Shown: piece by piece, positions 9,791 to 18,717 of the stretch
Layout: each line of letters opens with the position of its first letter
Position numbering within the stretch: the first letter of the stretch is position 1
From: Candidatus Puniceispirillum sp.
GTDB lineage: Bacteria; Pseudomonadota; Alphaproteobacteria; Puniceispirillales; Puniceispirillaceae
Direction of reading: 5' to 3'
Assembly (NCBI RefSeq): GCF_965657105.1
Contig: NZ_CBFHNB010000001.1
Coordinates: forward strand, 30,937 to 94,936
Length of the DNA stretch: 64,000 nucleotides
Made by a program: the position numbers and the translations under genes
The notes under the pieces: model-generated
Seen by the model: only the letters and a program-made list of their open reading frames with translations
Databases searched by the model: none
Told to the model about the DNA's origin: nothing

Positions 9791-10735
9791 TCATGAAAAC
9801 GCCCCTTCACAATCAAGCTCCTGTTGCCAGATGGCAAGTTGCGCCGCAATCGATATGGCAACGCGTATAGGTTGCTTTCCAGTAATAAGCCCAACACCGA
9901 TTGGACAAGTCAAGCGCATTAATGCTTCATCACTAATGCCTGCCTTGCTTAGCCGGCTTCGGAAACGGGCGTTTTTGGTCTTTGAGCCGATCAGGCCAAG
10001 CCTAGCAAAACCTTGGCCTGCCAGAACAGTATGGCAGATGGCCTGATCAAGCGCATGCGAATGTGTAATAACCAGATGAAAAGCATCTGTTGGCGCGTGT
10101 GCCGCAATCAATGTTGGGTCACGTGCTGTCACTTCGGAAACCCATTCAGGAATGACTGGCGGAAATCTGTCTGGTGCAATATCGACCCAATAGACATCAA
10201 AACCCAACCCCTCAATGATCGGTATTAGCGCCCTTCCAACATGTCCGGCACCATAGATGAATAATGGCCTTTGATAAGATTTTTGCGGCAATATAAAGCC
10301 CGTTTTATCAGCCGTTATTGATGCACCATATCCAATGAGGTCACGATCTGCCAGCACAAGCGGCTGGCCTGCTTTTAATGGATGTAAAACGGGCTGTTCA
10401 CTATCTACCAGCTTTTCTAAAACTGGCAGATCAGCCTTGGTAAGAGCTTCGAGCAATACCCGGACATGCCCCCCGCAACATTGTCCCATATCGGAGCCAA
10501 GGGCGATATCCATAACATGGCGATACCAATCAACGGGATTGGCCTGTATCGAGGTGATATCACTACGTGCTTGATGCATCACTTCAAATTCCAGCGCGCC
10601 ACCGCCAATCGTATCCCATATCGTATCGGCCTTAATCAGCATATTGGCACCCACGGCGCGCGGTGCTGACCCGCGCACTTGAATAACACTCGCATGGATA
10701 ACAATGTCTGTGTCTTGCAACAGCGTAATCGCCAT
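9791..10735 (-). CDS. xdhC: Xanthine dehydrogenase accessory/maturation protein XdhC
   Basis: XdhC/CoxI-like sequence directly downstream of xdhB. The ORF is open to 10813, but ATG 10735 (MAITLLQD...) avoids a 26-nt overlap with xdhB. Confidence 0.8.
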   Translation of the reverse strand: MAITLLQDTDIVIHASVIQVRGSAPRAVGANMLIKADTIWDTIGGGALEFEVMHQARSDITSIQANPVDWYRHVMDIALGSDMGQCCGGHVRVLLEALTKADLPVLEKLVDSEQPVLHPLKAGQPLVLADRDLIGYGASITADKTGFILPQKSYQRPLFIYGAGHVGRALIPIIEGLGFDVYWVDIAPDRFPPVIPEWVSEVTARDPTLIAAHAPTDAFHLVITHSHALDQAICHTVLAGQGFARLGLIGSKTKNARFRSRLSKAGISDEALMRLTCPIGVGLITGKQPIRVAISIAAQLAIWQQELDCEGAFS

Positions 10736-10787
10736 AGTGAGCCAGCCAGCATTCCCCTGATTAACGGTTTGCCTATTGTCAGAAGAC

Positions 10788-13118
10788 TCAGACACAAGGC
10801 CCTCCCAACGCAATTGACCGCATTAACAAGCGTTCACAAGTCGCGGGCGCATCAAGCATAGGATATTCACCACTTTCGCCTACCGATTGAAGCGCATGTG
10901 ATAAGGCCATCAACACGCTGATCCCCAACATTAATGGCGGTTCACCAACAGCTTTTGATTTATGGATTGTGGCTTCACTATTTTCCCCCTCGGCAAATAG
11001 GGCAACACGAAAATCAACAGGCCGATCCGAACAGGCAGGTATTTTATATGTCGAAGGCGCATGCGTCATCAAACGCCCGTGTTTGTTCCAGACCAGTTCT
11101 TCGGTTGTCAGCCAACCTGCCCCCTGCACAAAGCCCCCTTCGATCTGGCCAATATCAAGTGCCGGGTTTAATGATTTACCGACATCATGCAGTATATCAG
11201 TGCGTAAAATCCGGTTCTCACCTGTCAAGAGGTCAATAACGACCTCGCTACAGGCGGCGCCATAGGCAAAATAATAGAAAGGTCGTCCGGTAAGTGTTTG
11301 CTTGTCCCAATGCACTTTTGGTGTTGCATAAAAACCTGTTGAAGAAAGCGATATCCGCCCCATATAGCAACGATGCGCCGCCTCGGCAAAGCTGTAATAT
11401 TGATCACCAACCAACACCTTGCCATCACTAAAATGAACATCTTTCGGATCGATCTGCGATTGCTCGGCCAAAAAATCCTGCATCCGCGTTTTGATCGCAT
11501 GTGCGGCGCGCATCGCTGCCATGCCGTTAAGATCACTTCCAGATGATGCTGCCGTTGCTGATGTGTTTGGCACTTTGCCTGTCGTTGTGGCTGTGATTTT
11601 TACGGTTTCAAGCGGAACCGAAAACGCATGGGCAACGATCTGGGCAACCTTTGTGTAAAGCCCTTGTCCCATTTCAGTGCCGCCATGATTGAGATGCACC
11701 GAACCGTCATTATACACATGCACTAACGCCCCTGCCTGATTCAAAAAACTACTGTTAAAAGAGATACCGAATTTAACGGGCGTTAGAGCAATGCCTCGCT
11801 TTACATAGCGATTAGTTTTGTTGAACAGTTCAACCGCTTTGCGACGCTTTACATAATCGCTGGTCTTTACCAACGTGCTGACGATATCCTGAATAACGCA
11901 ATCTTCAACTGGCTGCCCATAGGGGGTGACACCATGATCTGATATATCTTTATGCGGGTAGAAATTCCGCTGGCGTACAATAAGCGGATCAAGCGCCAGA
12001 TGATGCGCAACAGCATCGATAACACGTTCAATACCCACCATGCCTTGCGGCCCTCCAAATCCCCTGAAGGCCGTATTTGACTGGGTATTGGTGCGGCACC
12101 GATGTGATATGATACGCATATTTTTGATATGATAAGCATTGTCAGCATGGCACATGGCGCGCGCCGCAATAGACTCTGACAAATCCCATGACATGCCACA
12201 GCGTAATGCCTGCTCAAAAACAACCCCACTTATCTTGCCATCATCATCAAAACCGACACTGTAATCAATGCGGACATCATGCCGTTTACCAGTCAGCATA
12301 AAATCATCATCACGATCATAAATAGTTTTGGCTGGCCGACCTGTTAATTTGGCCGCTATCGCCGCCGTAATGGCAGGCAGATTGCCCTGGCTTTCTTTGC
12401 CGCCAAAAGCCCCACCCATACGCCGCGTTTCAACCGTAATGGCGTGGTTAGCCACCCCCAGCGAAGTGGCCACTTTATGCTGGATTTCGCTTGGATGCTG
12501 GGTGGAACAGTAAAGCGTCATGTCACCATCTTCACCTGGCACCGCCAAGGCTGCCTGACCTTCAAGATAGAAATGTTCTTGCCCACCAATGACGATGCGT
12601 CCGTCAAGATGGTGCGGCGCGGCGGCAATGGCACCATCGGCATCACCTGTCGAGATGGTCGCCGCAGGCCCTAAAAAAGCGCCTTCCTGCATCGCTTGAT
12701 CAATCGTCAAAATGGCTGGTAAAATATCGTAGTCAATATTGGCAAGACCTATGGCGGCACGCGCTGAAGCCATATCAACCGCAGCTACAGCAAACACAGA
12801 TTGACCAACATAGGACACCGTATCATCAGCAAAAATCGGGTCATCACCAGCAACCGGACTACAGTCATTTATGCCAGGTACATTTTGTGCCGACATTACA
12901 GCAACAATCCCCTCGGCACTGGCAACAGCCGAAAGATCCATACTGATAATTCGCGCATGCGCATGCGGACTTTGAGCAATAAGAACCTGCAAGGTATTCT
13001 GCGGCACAGGCAGATCGTCCGTATAATGAGCACGTCCTGAAACATGCTTATGCGCACTGTCATGACGTACAGGCTTGTGCAGTGCCGTTTGTGGCAATGT
13101 TGTATCGAACCTTGTCAT
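10788..13118 (-). CDS. xdhB: Xanthine dehydrogenase molybdopterin-binding subunit
   Basis: 776 aa. It has aldehyde oxidase/xanthine dehydrogenase a/b-hammerhead and MoCo-binding features (GGAFGGKE). It abuts xdhA. Confidence 0.9.
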   Translation of the reverse strand: MTRFDTTLPQTALHKPVRHDSAHKHVSGRAHYTDDLPVPQNTLQVLIAQSPHAHARIISMDLSAVASAEGIVAVMSAQNVPGINDCSPVAGDDPIFADDTVSYVGQSVFAVAAVDMASARAAIGLANIDYDILPAILTIDQAMQEGAFLGPAATISTGDADGAIAAAPHHLDGRIVIGGQEHFYLEGQAALAVPGEDGDMTLYCSTQHPSEIQHKVATSLGVANHAITVETRRMGGAFGGKESQGNLPAITAAIAAKLTGRPAKTIYDRDDDFMLTGKRHDVRIDYSVGFDDDGKISGVVFEQALRCGMSWDLSESIAARAMCHADNAYHIKNMRIISHRCRTNTQSNTAFRGFGGPQGMVGIERVIDAVAHHLALDPLIVRQRNFYPHKDISDHGVTPYGQPVEDCVIQDIVSTLVKTSDYVKRRKAVELFNKTNRYVKRGIALTPVKFGISFNSSFLNQAGALVHVYNDGSVHLNHGGTEMGQGLYTKVAQIVAHAFSVPLETVKITATTTGKVPNTSATAASSGSDLNGMAAMRAAHAIKTRMQDFLAEQSQIDPKDVHFSDGKVLVGDQYYSFAEAAHRCYMGRISLSSTGFYATPKVHWDKQTLTGRPFYYFAYGAACSEVVIDLLTGENRILRTDILHDVGKSLNPALDIGQIEGGFVQGAGWLTTEELVWNKHGRLMTHAPSTYKIPACSDRPVDFRVALFAEGENSEATIHKSKAVGEPPLMLGISVLMALSHALQSVGESGEYPMLDAPATCERLLMRSIALGGPCV

Positions 13119-14588
13119 CTAATCGGCTAACAGCGCCGAAACACCGCCCCCTGCAAGTTCGACATGCGACTGTCCGGTGATTTCAAGGCCATATTTCAGC
13201 ACCAGATTTCGCGCCGCCTGCATGCGATAATCTGCACTGCCCCGCATATCACTAAGAGGCGTAAAATCATCACCTAGCAAGGATGCAGCGGCGATAAAGC
13301 TGGCTTCATTAAATGAGCCACCAATTAATATCTGTTCTGCCGCGCTGGCACGCATCGGTGTCCCAGCCATACCACCAAACGCAATAACCGCATCAATGAT
13401 CATACCGTTCTTTACAGTGACATTTGCCGCCATCATCACGGCTGAAATATCTTGGTCAAACCGTTTAGATAGCTTGTAACAGCGCAGATATGGTGCTTTT
13501 ACCTTTGGCACTAAAATAGCCGCAACAAATTCATCTGATTTTCGGTCCTGCGCGCCATAGCTGACAAAGAAATTTTCAAGCTTCATAACGCGCGTCTTGG
13601 AACCTTGTCGAAGCTCGATCTGGCTCCCAAGAGCTATGAGCAATGGGGGCAAATCGCCAATAGGCGACCCGTTCGCAATGTTGCCGCAAACCGTACCTGA
13701 ACTGCGCACCTGCAAAGACCCAAATCGGCGTAATAATGTCGAAACAGCTGGCCATCTTTTGCCGAGTATTTCCATCGCTGTCTGATGCGTTACAGCAGGC
13801 CGTATAATCAGATTGGCTTTATCATCCTCAATCTTATCAAACCCCTCTACACGGCCAGTCCATAGCATACGCGATAATTGGCGTTGCTGTTTGGTTACCC
13901 ATAACCCTATGTCAGTCGCGCCGGAAACGATTGTTGCGGCCAAATCTTCGGCATAAATAGTAGCAAAATCCGCTTGCTTATATGGCGCAGTAAACGCTTT
14001 TTTGCCATCTGAAATTTCAACCACTTCGTCATGCTGGATATCTAGTAACAGAGCTTTTTCAGCCTTTTGGCGCTTGCTTTCCCATGTTGATTTCGCCATG
14101 CCTGCCAATGACAGACCTGCATCCACAATCGGTCGATAGCCAGTACACCGACATAAATTTCCAGCCAGCGTGTCATCAATTTGATTGGCCGCAAGTCCAT
14201 CCTGATTACACCAGGCCGCATATAGCGACATAACAAAGCCGGGGGTGCAAAAGCCGCATTGGGATCCGTGAAAATCAACCATGGCCTGCTGACAAGGATG
14301 CAATTCACCATCCGGGCCACTGATACCTTCCACCGTCGTCACCGCGCTACCTTCAAGCATCCCCATAAACAGAATACAGGCATTCACGGGTCGCCATATC
14401 AGACGACCTTTGCCATCAGTACGCGCAACGACAACTGTGCAGGCACCACAATCACCTTCGGCGCAGCCTTCTTTGGATCCTGTGAGCCCTCGTTCACGCC
14501 GCAACCATGTCAGCAGCGTCATATCACCAGCAATGCCAGCAACTGTCTGTATTTCACCATTCAGAACAAAGGTTAGATAGGTTCGCAC
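13119..14588 (-). CDS. xdhA: Xanthine dehydrogenase small subunit (2x[2Fe-2S] + FAD domains)
   Basis: Cys clusters CAEGDCGACTV, CGFCTPG and CRCTGY are followed by an FAD-binding domain. I place the start at GTG 14588, 6 nt after GGAGA. The longer ORF to 14669 would overlap hiuH. Confidence 0.9.
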   Translation of the reverse strand: MRTYLTFVLNGEIQTVAGIAGDMTLLTWLRRERGLTGSKEGCAEGDCGACTVVVARTDGKGRLIWRPVNACILFMGMLEGSAVTTVEGISGPDGELHPCQQAMVDFHGSQCGFCTPGFVMSLYAAWCNQDGLAANQIDDTLAGNLCRCTGYRPIVDAGLSLAGMAKSTWESKRQKAEKALLLDIQHDEVVEISDGKKAFTAPYKQADFATIYAEDLAATIVSGATDIGLWVTKQQRQLSRMLWTGRVEGFDKIEDDKANLIIRPAVTHQTAMEILGKRWPAVSTLLRRFGSLQVRSSGTVCGNIANGSPIGDLPPLLIALGSQIELRQGSKTRVMKLENFFVSYGAQDRKSDEFVAAILVPKVKAPYLRCYKLSKRFDQDISAVMMAANVTVKNGMIIDAVIAFGGMAGTPMRASAAEQILIGGSFNEASFIAAASLLGDDFTPLSDMRGSADYRMQAARNLVLKYGLEITGQSHVELAGGGVSALLAD

Positions 14589-14598
14589 GCCATCTCCA

Positions 14599-14952
14599 TT
14601 AGCTACCACGATAAGTCGAATAACCGTAAGCCGATAATAATAACGGGACATGATAATGCTGATCATCACGATCTATGCCAAAGGCAATGACAATATCATC
14701 CAAAAACGGAAATTCCGGCAAATCATCCCCCATCTCACGCAAATAGGATGCCGCATGAAAAACCAGCGCATACCGGCCACGCGCTAGCGCATCACCCTCA
14801 AGCAGGGGGGCATCACATCGGCCATCAGCATTTGTTACGACTGTTTTCAAAACCGTCTGCGTATCGCCTTTTATGCGGATAAGGTCAATTTCAAGGTGTG
14901 CCGCGGGTTTACCACGTGCAGTATCTAGGACATGGGTAGTCAATCGACCCAT
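14599..14952 (-). CDS. hiuH: 5-hydroxyisourate hydrolase (transthyretin-like)
   Basis: 117 aa ending in the HIUase-diagnostic C-terminal YRGS (..GYSTYRGS*). Confidence 0.9.
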   Translation of the reverse strand: MGRLTTHVLDTARGKPAAHLEIDLIRIKGDTQTVLKTVVTNADGRCDAPLLEGDALARGRYALVFHAASYLREMGDDLPEFPFLDDIVIAFGIDRDDQHYHVPLLLSAYGYSTYRGS

Positions 14953-14978
14953 TGTAATCTCCTGACAATTAGTGATGA

Positions 14979-15019
14979 TTGCTAAAAATTAGAATGACAA
15001 TTTTTCATTGATTTAGCAA
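14979..15019. promoter_or_regulatory. Imperfect nested palindrome in the hiuH/uraD divergent promoter region (candidate operator)
   Basis: TTGCTAAA (14979-14986) pairs with TTTAGCAA (15012-15019). An inner pair is AAAAATT (14984-14990) with AATTTTT (14999-15005). There is also a TGACAATT direct repeat at 14963-14970 and 14995-15002. Confidence 0.3.
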
Positions 15020-15077
15020 ACTAATCTACACAAATGATGCCGACCCAAATGCGACCACATGAAAGGCTTATGAACTG

Positions 15078-15590
15078 ATGAATAAACTTGCCTTGCACGA
15101 AATGCCAGAAGACCAATTGCTAGCATGCCTTGGCGGCATTTACGAACATTCAATATGGGTTGCCAAAGCTTTGCTAGATGGCGGCATCAGCAAAGCAGAC
15201 AACGATCCCAACCTACTGGCACACCGTATGAAAGTCATTGTTGATGCAGCCAGTGACGAGGCAAAATTAACATTGCTACGCGCGCATCCCGAACTGGCTG
15301 GCAAGCTGGCTATTGCTGGTAATCTTACAGCCGAATCAACCGCTGAACAGGCCAGTGCTGGCCTTGATAAATGTTCGCAAGCAGAATTCGAACAATTCCA
15401 GAATCTCAACGCCGATTACACCGCTAAATTCGGACATCCTTTCATCATCGCCGTGCGCGGCCTGTCACGTGCCGATATTCTGGCCGCCTTTCATCAACGT
15501 ATCAACAATGACCTAGCCACCGAATTTAACTCCGCCCTTAATGAAGTTCATAAAATTGCGCGCCTTCGGCTTTTTGAGTTGGCCGCCTGA
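15078..15590 (+). CDS. uraD: 2-oxo-4-hydroxy-4-carboxy-5-ureidoimidazoline (OHCU) decarboxylase
   Basis: 170 aa with OHCU decarboxylase features (LRAHPELAGK ... FGHPFIIAVRG). Divergent from hiuH. Confidence 0.85.
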   Translation: MNKLALHEMPEDQLLACLGGIYEHSIWVAKALLDGGISKADNDPNLLAHRMKVIVDAASDEAKLTLLRAHPELAGKLAIAGNLTAESTAEQASAGLDKCSQAEFEQFQNLNADYTAKFGHPFIIAVRGLSRADILAAFHQRINNDLATEFNSALNEVHKIARLRLFELAA

Positions 15591-15604
15591 CTGGATAGAT
15601 TGAC

Positions 15605-17050
15605 ATGAAGATAACCGAACAGGAAATGATAGATGAATGTCGCGCCATATGCGGCGATGCACATGTCGAAACTGGCAATGATATTGATCCCAAGTATCAG
15701 CGTGACTGGCTAGGCAAATACCCATCCAACCCCTTTATCGTTGTGCGTCCTGACAGCACTGAAAAAGTGGCCGCTTTGATGAAACTATGCACCGCCACCA
15801 AAACCGCAGTGATTCCGCTTGGTGGTAATTCAGGCCTGACTGGCGCAACGCAGGCGCATCCCGATCAAAAAGCCATGATCCTGTCGCTGGAACGGATGAA
15901 TATGATCCGTGACGTCAGTGGTGATGGTCGTTATATGATTGCCGAGTCTGGTTGTATCGTCGAAAATCTACATAAGGCGGCAGATCAGGCGGGCTGGATG
16001 TTTCCCTTGGTTTTTGGTGCCAAGGGTACAGCACATATCGGCGGTGCCTTGGGCACAAATGCAGGCGGGTTAAATGTTGTACGATATGGGAATGCCCGTG
16101 CGCTATGTCTTGGCTTAGAAGTGGTCACAGCAGCAGGCGACATCATGAATTTGCTTCCGGCACTTAAAAAAGACAATACTGGCTATGATCTGGTCAATCT
16201 GATGATTGGCTCTGAAGGCACACTTGGCATCATCACCGCCGCAACCCTGACCTTGGTTCCAAAGCCAGCTGCCTATGCAACGGCAATGGTTGTTGTGCCA
16301 GATATGGAGGCGGCGCTAAAGCTGATGAACCTTGTGCAAATTCAAACTGGGGGCCGGCTAGAAGCCTATGAGCTTATGGATCAGGTGATTTATGATTTAT
16401 GCGTCAATAATCTTGACCATGTCACTTCGCCTTTTGATTATAGTCCTGTGCTTAGCATATTGATGGAAATTGCCGCTGGCAGTCCTGATGATGTTAAGAT
16501 GCACACTGATGGACGGCTAAATCTTTCCATCCAGCTTGAAACCATTCTGGCGTCGGCATTTGAACAAGGGCTTGCCGATGATGCCATTATCGCCAACTCC
16601 GAAGCCCAACGCCAAAATTTATGGGCGATGCGTGAAGGTGCGCTGGACGCCATACAGAAACATGGTAATTGGGTGATGAGCGATGTCAGCTTTCAGGTTG
16701 CCGATTTACCCAACGCTATTACCGACTTGAAGGCGGCTTTCGCGGCGGTGGCACCAGGGCCATTCTGTGTTGCCTTTGGTCATATGGGCGATGGCAATCT
16801 CCATGCTTTTGCGCGCCCTTATGATGAAGACCCAAAAGATCGCCCGAAAGAAGCCGCAGCGATCAAAGCGGCCTTGCGCGATACTGTGGTGAAATGGCAT
16901 GGATCCATCAGTGCCGAACATGGAATTGGTCAGGATAAACAGGCCGAAATGAAACAGCTGAAAGATCCAGTTGCCTATGCCATGATGAAATCGATCAAAG
17001 CCGCTCTGGATCCTGACAACATTCTGAATCCAGGCAAAGTTCTGCTATAG
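15605..17050 (+). CDS. FAD-linked oxidase / D-2-hydroxyacid dehydrogenase (GlcD/D-lactate dehydrogenase family)
   Basis: 481 aa with an FAD_binding_4-type N-terminal half (VRPDSTEKVAALMKLC...IPLGGNSGLTG) and an FAD-oxidase C-terminal domain. It begins 14 nt after uraD on the same strand. Confidence 0.8.
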   Translation: MKITEQEMIDECRAICGDAHVETGNDIDPKYQRDWLGKYPSNPFIVVRPDSTEKVAALMKLCTATKTAVIPLGGNSGLTGATQAHPDQKAMILSLERMNMIRDVSGDGRYMIAESGCIVENLHKAADQAGWMFPLVFGAKGTAHIGGALGTNAGGLNVVRYGNARALCLGLEVVTAAGDIMNLLPALKKDNTGYDLVNLMIGSEGTLGIITAATLTLVPKPAAYATAMVVVPDMEAALKLMNLVQIQTGGRLEAYELMDQVIYDLCVNNLDHVTSPFDYSPVLSILMEIAAGSPDDVKMHTDGRLNLSIQLETILASAFEQGLADDAIIANSEAQRQNLWAMREGALDAIQKHGNWVMSDVSFQVADLPNAITDLKAAFAAVAPGPFCVAFGHMGDGNLHAFARPYDEDPKDRPKEAAAIKAALRDTVVKWHGSISAEHGIGQDKQAEMKQLKDPVAYAMMKSIKAALDPDNILNPGKVLL

Positions 17051-17098
17051 ACAGAAAACGAGTCATGCCAATAGCAGAATAATAACACTTTGATATTG

Positions 17099-18601
17099 CT
17101 ATTTGGTGTCACTACCGGAGTGGAAATTAAAGACAGCACCTTCCTTGATCCCACTAGGCCAGCGTGCGGTTACCGTTTTCAACTTGGTGTAAAAACGGAC
17201 ACCTTCCATGCCATGAACAGCGTGATCACCAAACATAGAGGCTTTCCAGCCGCCAAAGCTATGATAGGCAACAGGCACCGGAATGGGCACATTGACGCCG
17301 ACCATACCGATATTCACATTGGCCGCAAAATCACGCGCGGCGTCACCATCACGGGTGAAAATCGCTGTACCATTGCCATACTCATGATCAATCACAAGCT
17401 GGCGCGCATCCTCATAGGTTTTTGGACGCAGAACCGACAGCACAGGTCCAAAAATCTCGTCACGATAGACCGACATATCCGGGGTTACCCGGTCAATCAA
17501 TGTACCGCCAACAAAATAGCCACCTTCATAGCCTTGCAAAGACAAGCCGCGACCATCAACAACAACCTCGGCACCATCTGCCTCGCCTTGGCTAATGTAA
17601 TCTTCAACGCGCTTTTGCGATTCGCGGGTAATGACGGGGCCCATTTCAACACCGGGCTCATCATACTGACCGATTTTCAACGCCCGCACTTTTGGTGCCA
17701 GCTGTGCAACAAAACGATCAGCTGTATCATCACCAACCGCCAACACTGCCGAGATAGCCATACAGCGTTCACCGGCTGATCCGTAGGCCGCACCCATCGC
17801 GGCATCAACAGCCTGATCCATATCAGCATCGGGCATAATCACCATGTGATTCTTCGCACCGCATAAAGCCTGCACGCGTTTGCCATTATTACATCCACGG
17901 CCATAGATATATTTTCCAATCGCTGTCGAGCCAACAAAGCTAATGGCGCCCACATCAGGATGATCAAGCAATGTATCAACAGCTTCTTTGTCACCATTGA
18001 CGACATTCAGGCACCCATCGGGCAGGCCAGCTTCGGTCAATAGGCGCGCCAGCAAAAGTGGTGCCGCCGGATCGCGCTCAGACGGCTTTAGAATGAAAGT
18101 ATTACCGCAGGCCAAAGCCATTGGGAACATCCACATAGGCACCATTGCTGGAAAATTAAACGGGGTAATACCAGCCACAACACCAACAGGTTGACGTTGT
18201 GAATAGCTATCAACATTACCTGCCACCTGTGCTGAATAATCGCCTTTCAACAAATGCGGAATGCCACAGGCAAACTCAACAACTTCCATACCACGGGCAA
18301 CTTCGCCCTTGGCATCGTCAAGTGTTTTGCCATGTTGAAGCGAAATGGCTGTTGCAATTTCGGTATGGTGACTTTTTAGCAAATCACGAAAATTAAACAT
18401 GACCTGAGCGCGCTTGGCAGGCGGCGTCGCAGCCCATCCCGTTAGCGCGGCTTTGGCCGAAGCAACGGCCTGGTTCACTTCGTCAATGCTGGCCAAAGGC
18501 ACAGACCCGATCACAGCACCCGTTGCGGGATTGTAAACATCTTGTTGTCTGCCGCTAGTTCCAGCGACTGCTGATCCGCCAATATAATGTGTATCTGTCA
18601 T
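17099..18601 (-). CDS. mmsA: Methylmalonate-semialdehyde / malonate-semialdehyde dehydrogenase (CoA-acylating)
   Basis: About 500-aa ALDH-superfamily protein with an MmsA-like sequence (FPMALACGNTFILKPSE ... catalytic GERCMA). Start chosen at ATG 18601 (MTDTHYIGG). The ORF is open to 18685. Confidence 0.85.
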   Translation of the reverse strand: MTDTHYIGGSAVAGTSGRQQDVYNPATGAVIGSVPLASIDEVNQAVASAKAALTGWAATPPAKRAQVMFNFRDLLKSHHTEIATAISLQHGKTLDDAKGEVARGMEVVEFACGIPHLLKGDYSAQVAGNVDSYSQRQPVGVVAGITPFNFPAMVPMWMFPMALACGNTFILKPSERDPAAPLLLARLLTEAGLPDGCLNVVNGDKEAVDTLLDHPDVGAISFVGSTAIGKYIYGRGCNNGKRVQALCGAKNHMVIMPDADMDQAVDAAMGAAYGSAGERCMAISAVLAVGDDTADRFVAQLAPKVRALKIGQYDEPGVEMGPVITRESQKRVEDYISQGEADGAEVVVDGRGLSLQGYEGGYFVGGTLIDRVTPDMSVYRDEIFGPVLSVLRPKTYEDARQLVIDHEYGNGTAIFTRDGDAARDFAANVNIGMVGVNVPIPVPVAYHSFGGWKASMFGDHAVHGMEGVRFYTKLKTVTARWPSGIKEGAVFNFHSGSDTK

Positions 18602-18717
18602 GATAAGTCCAAGCATGGCATCTATTACGATGCCTCTATAATGTTTAAGATATCTATATCTCGCACAACCTAAATGCCGGTGCAATTCAGAACTGCAAAA
18701 TTATTGATCTTATCGCT

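Noticed and set aside
14589-14669. N-terminal extension of xdhA (MMISIIMSRYYYRL...)
   Set aside because: It would overlap the hiuH coding sequence by 71 nt. GTG 14588 with a GGAGA SD gives a normal XdhA N-terminus that starts just before the first Fe-S motif.
17090-17779. 229-aa ORF on the + strand
   Set aside because: It lies entirely antisense to the well-supported mmsA gene. The composition is low-complexity and His/Arg/Thr-rich, typical of a shadow frame, and no motif is recognisable.
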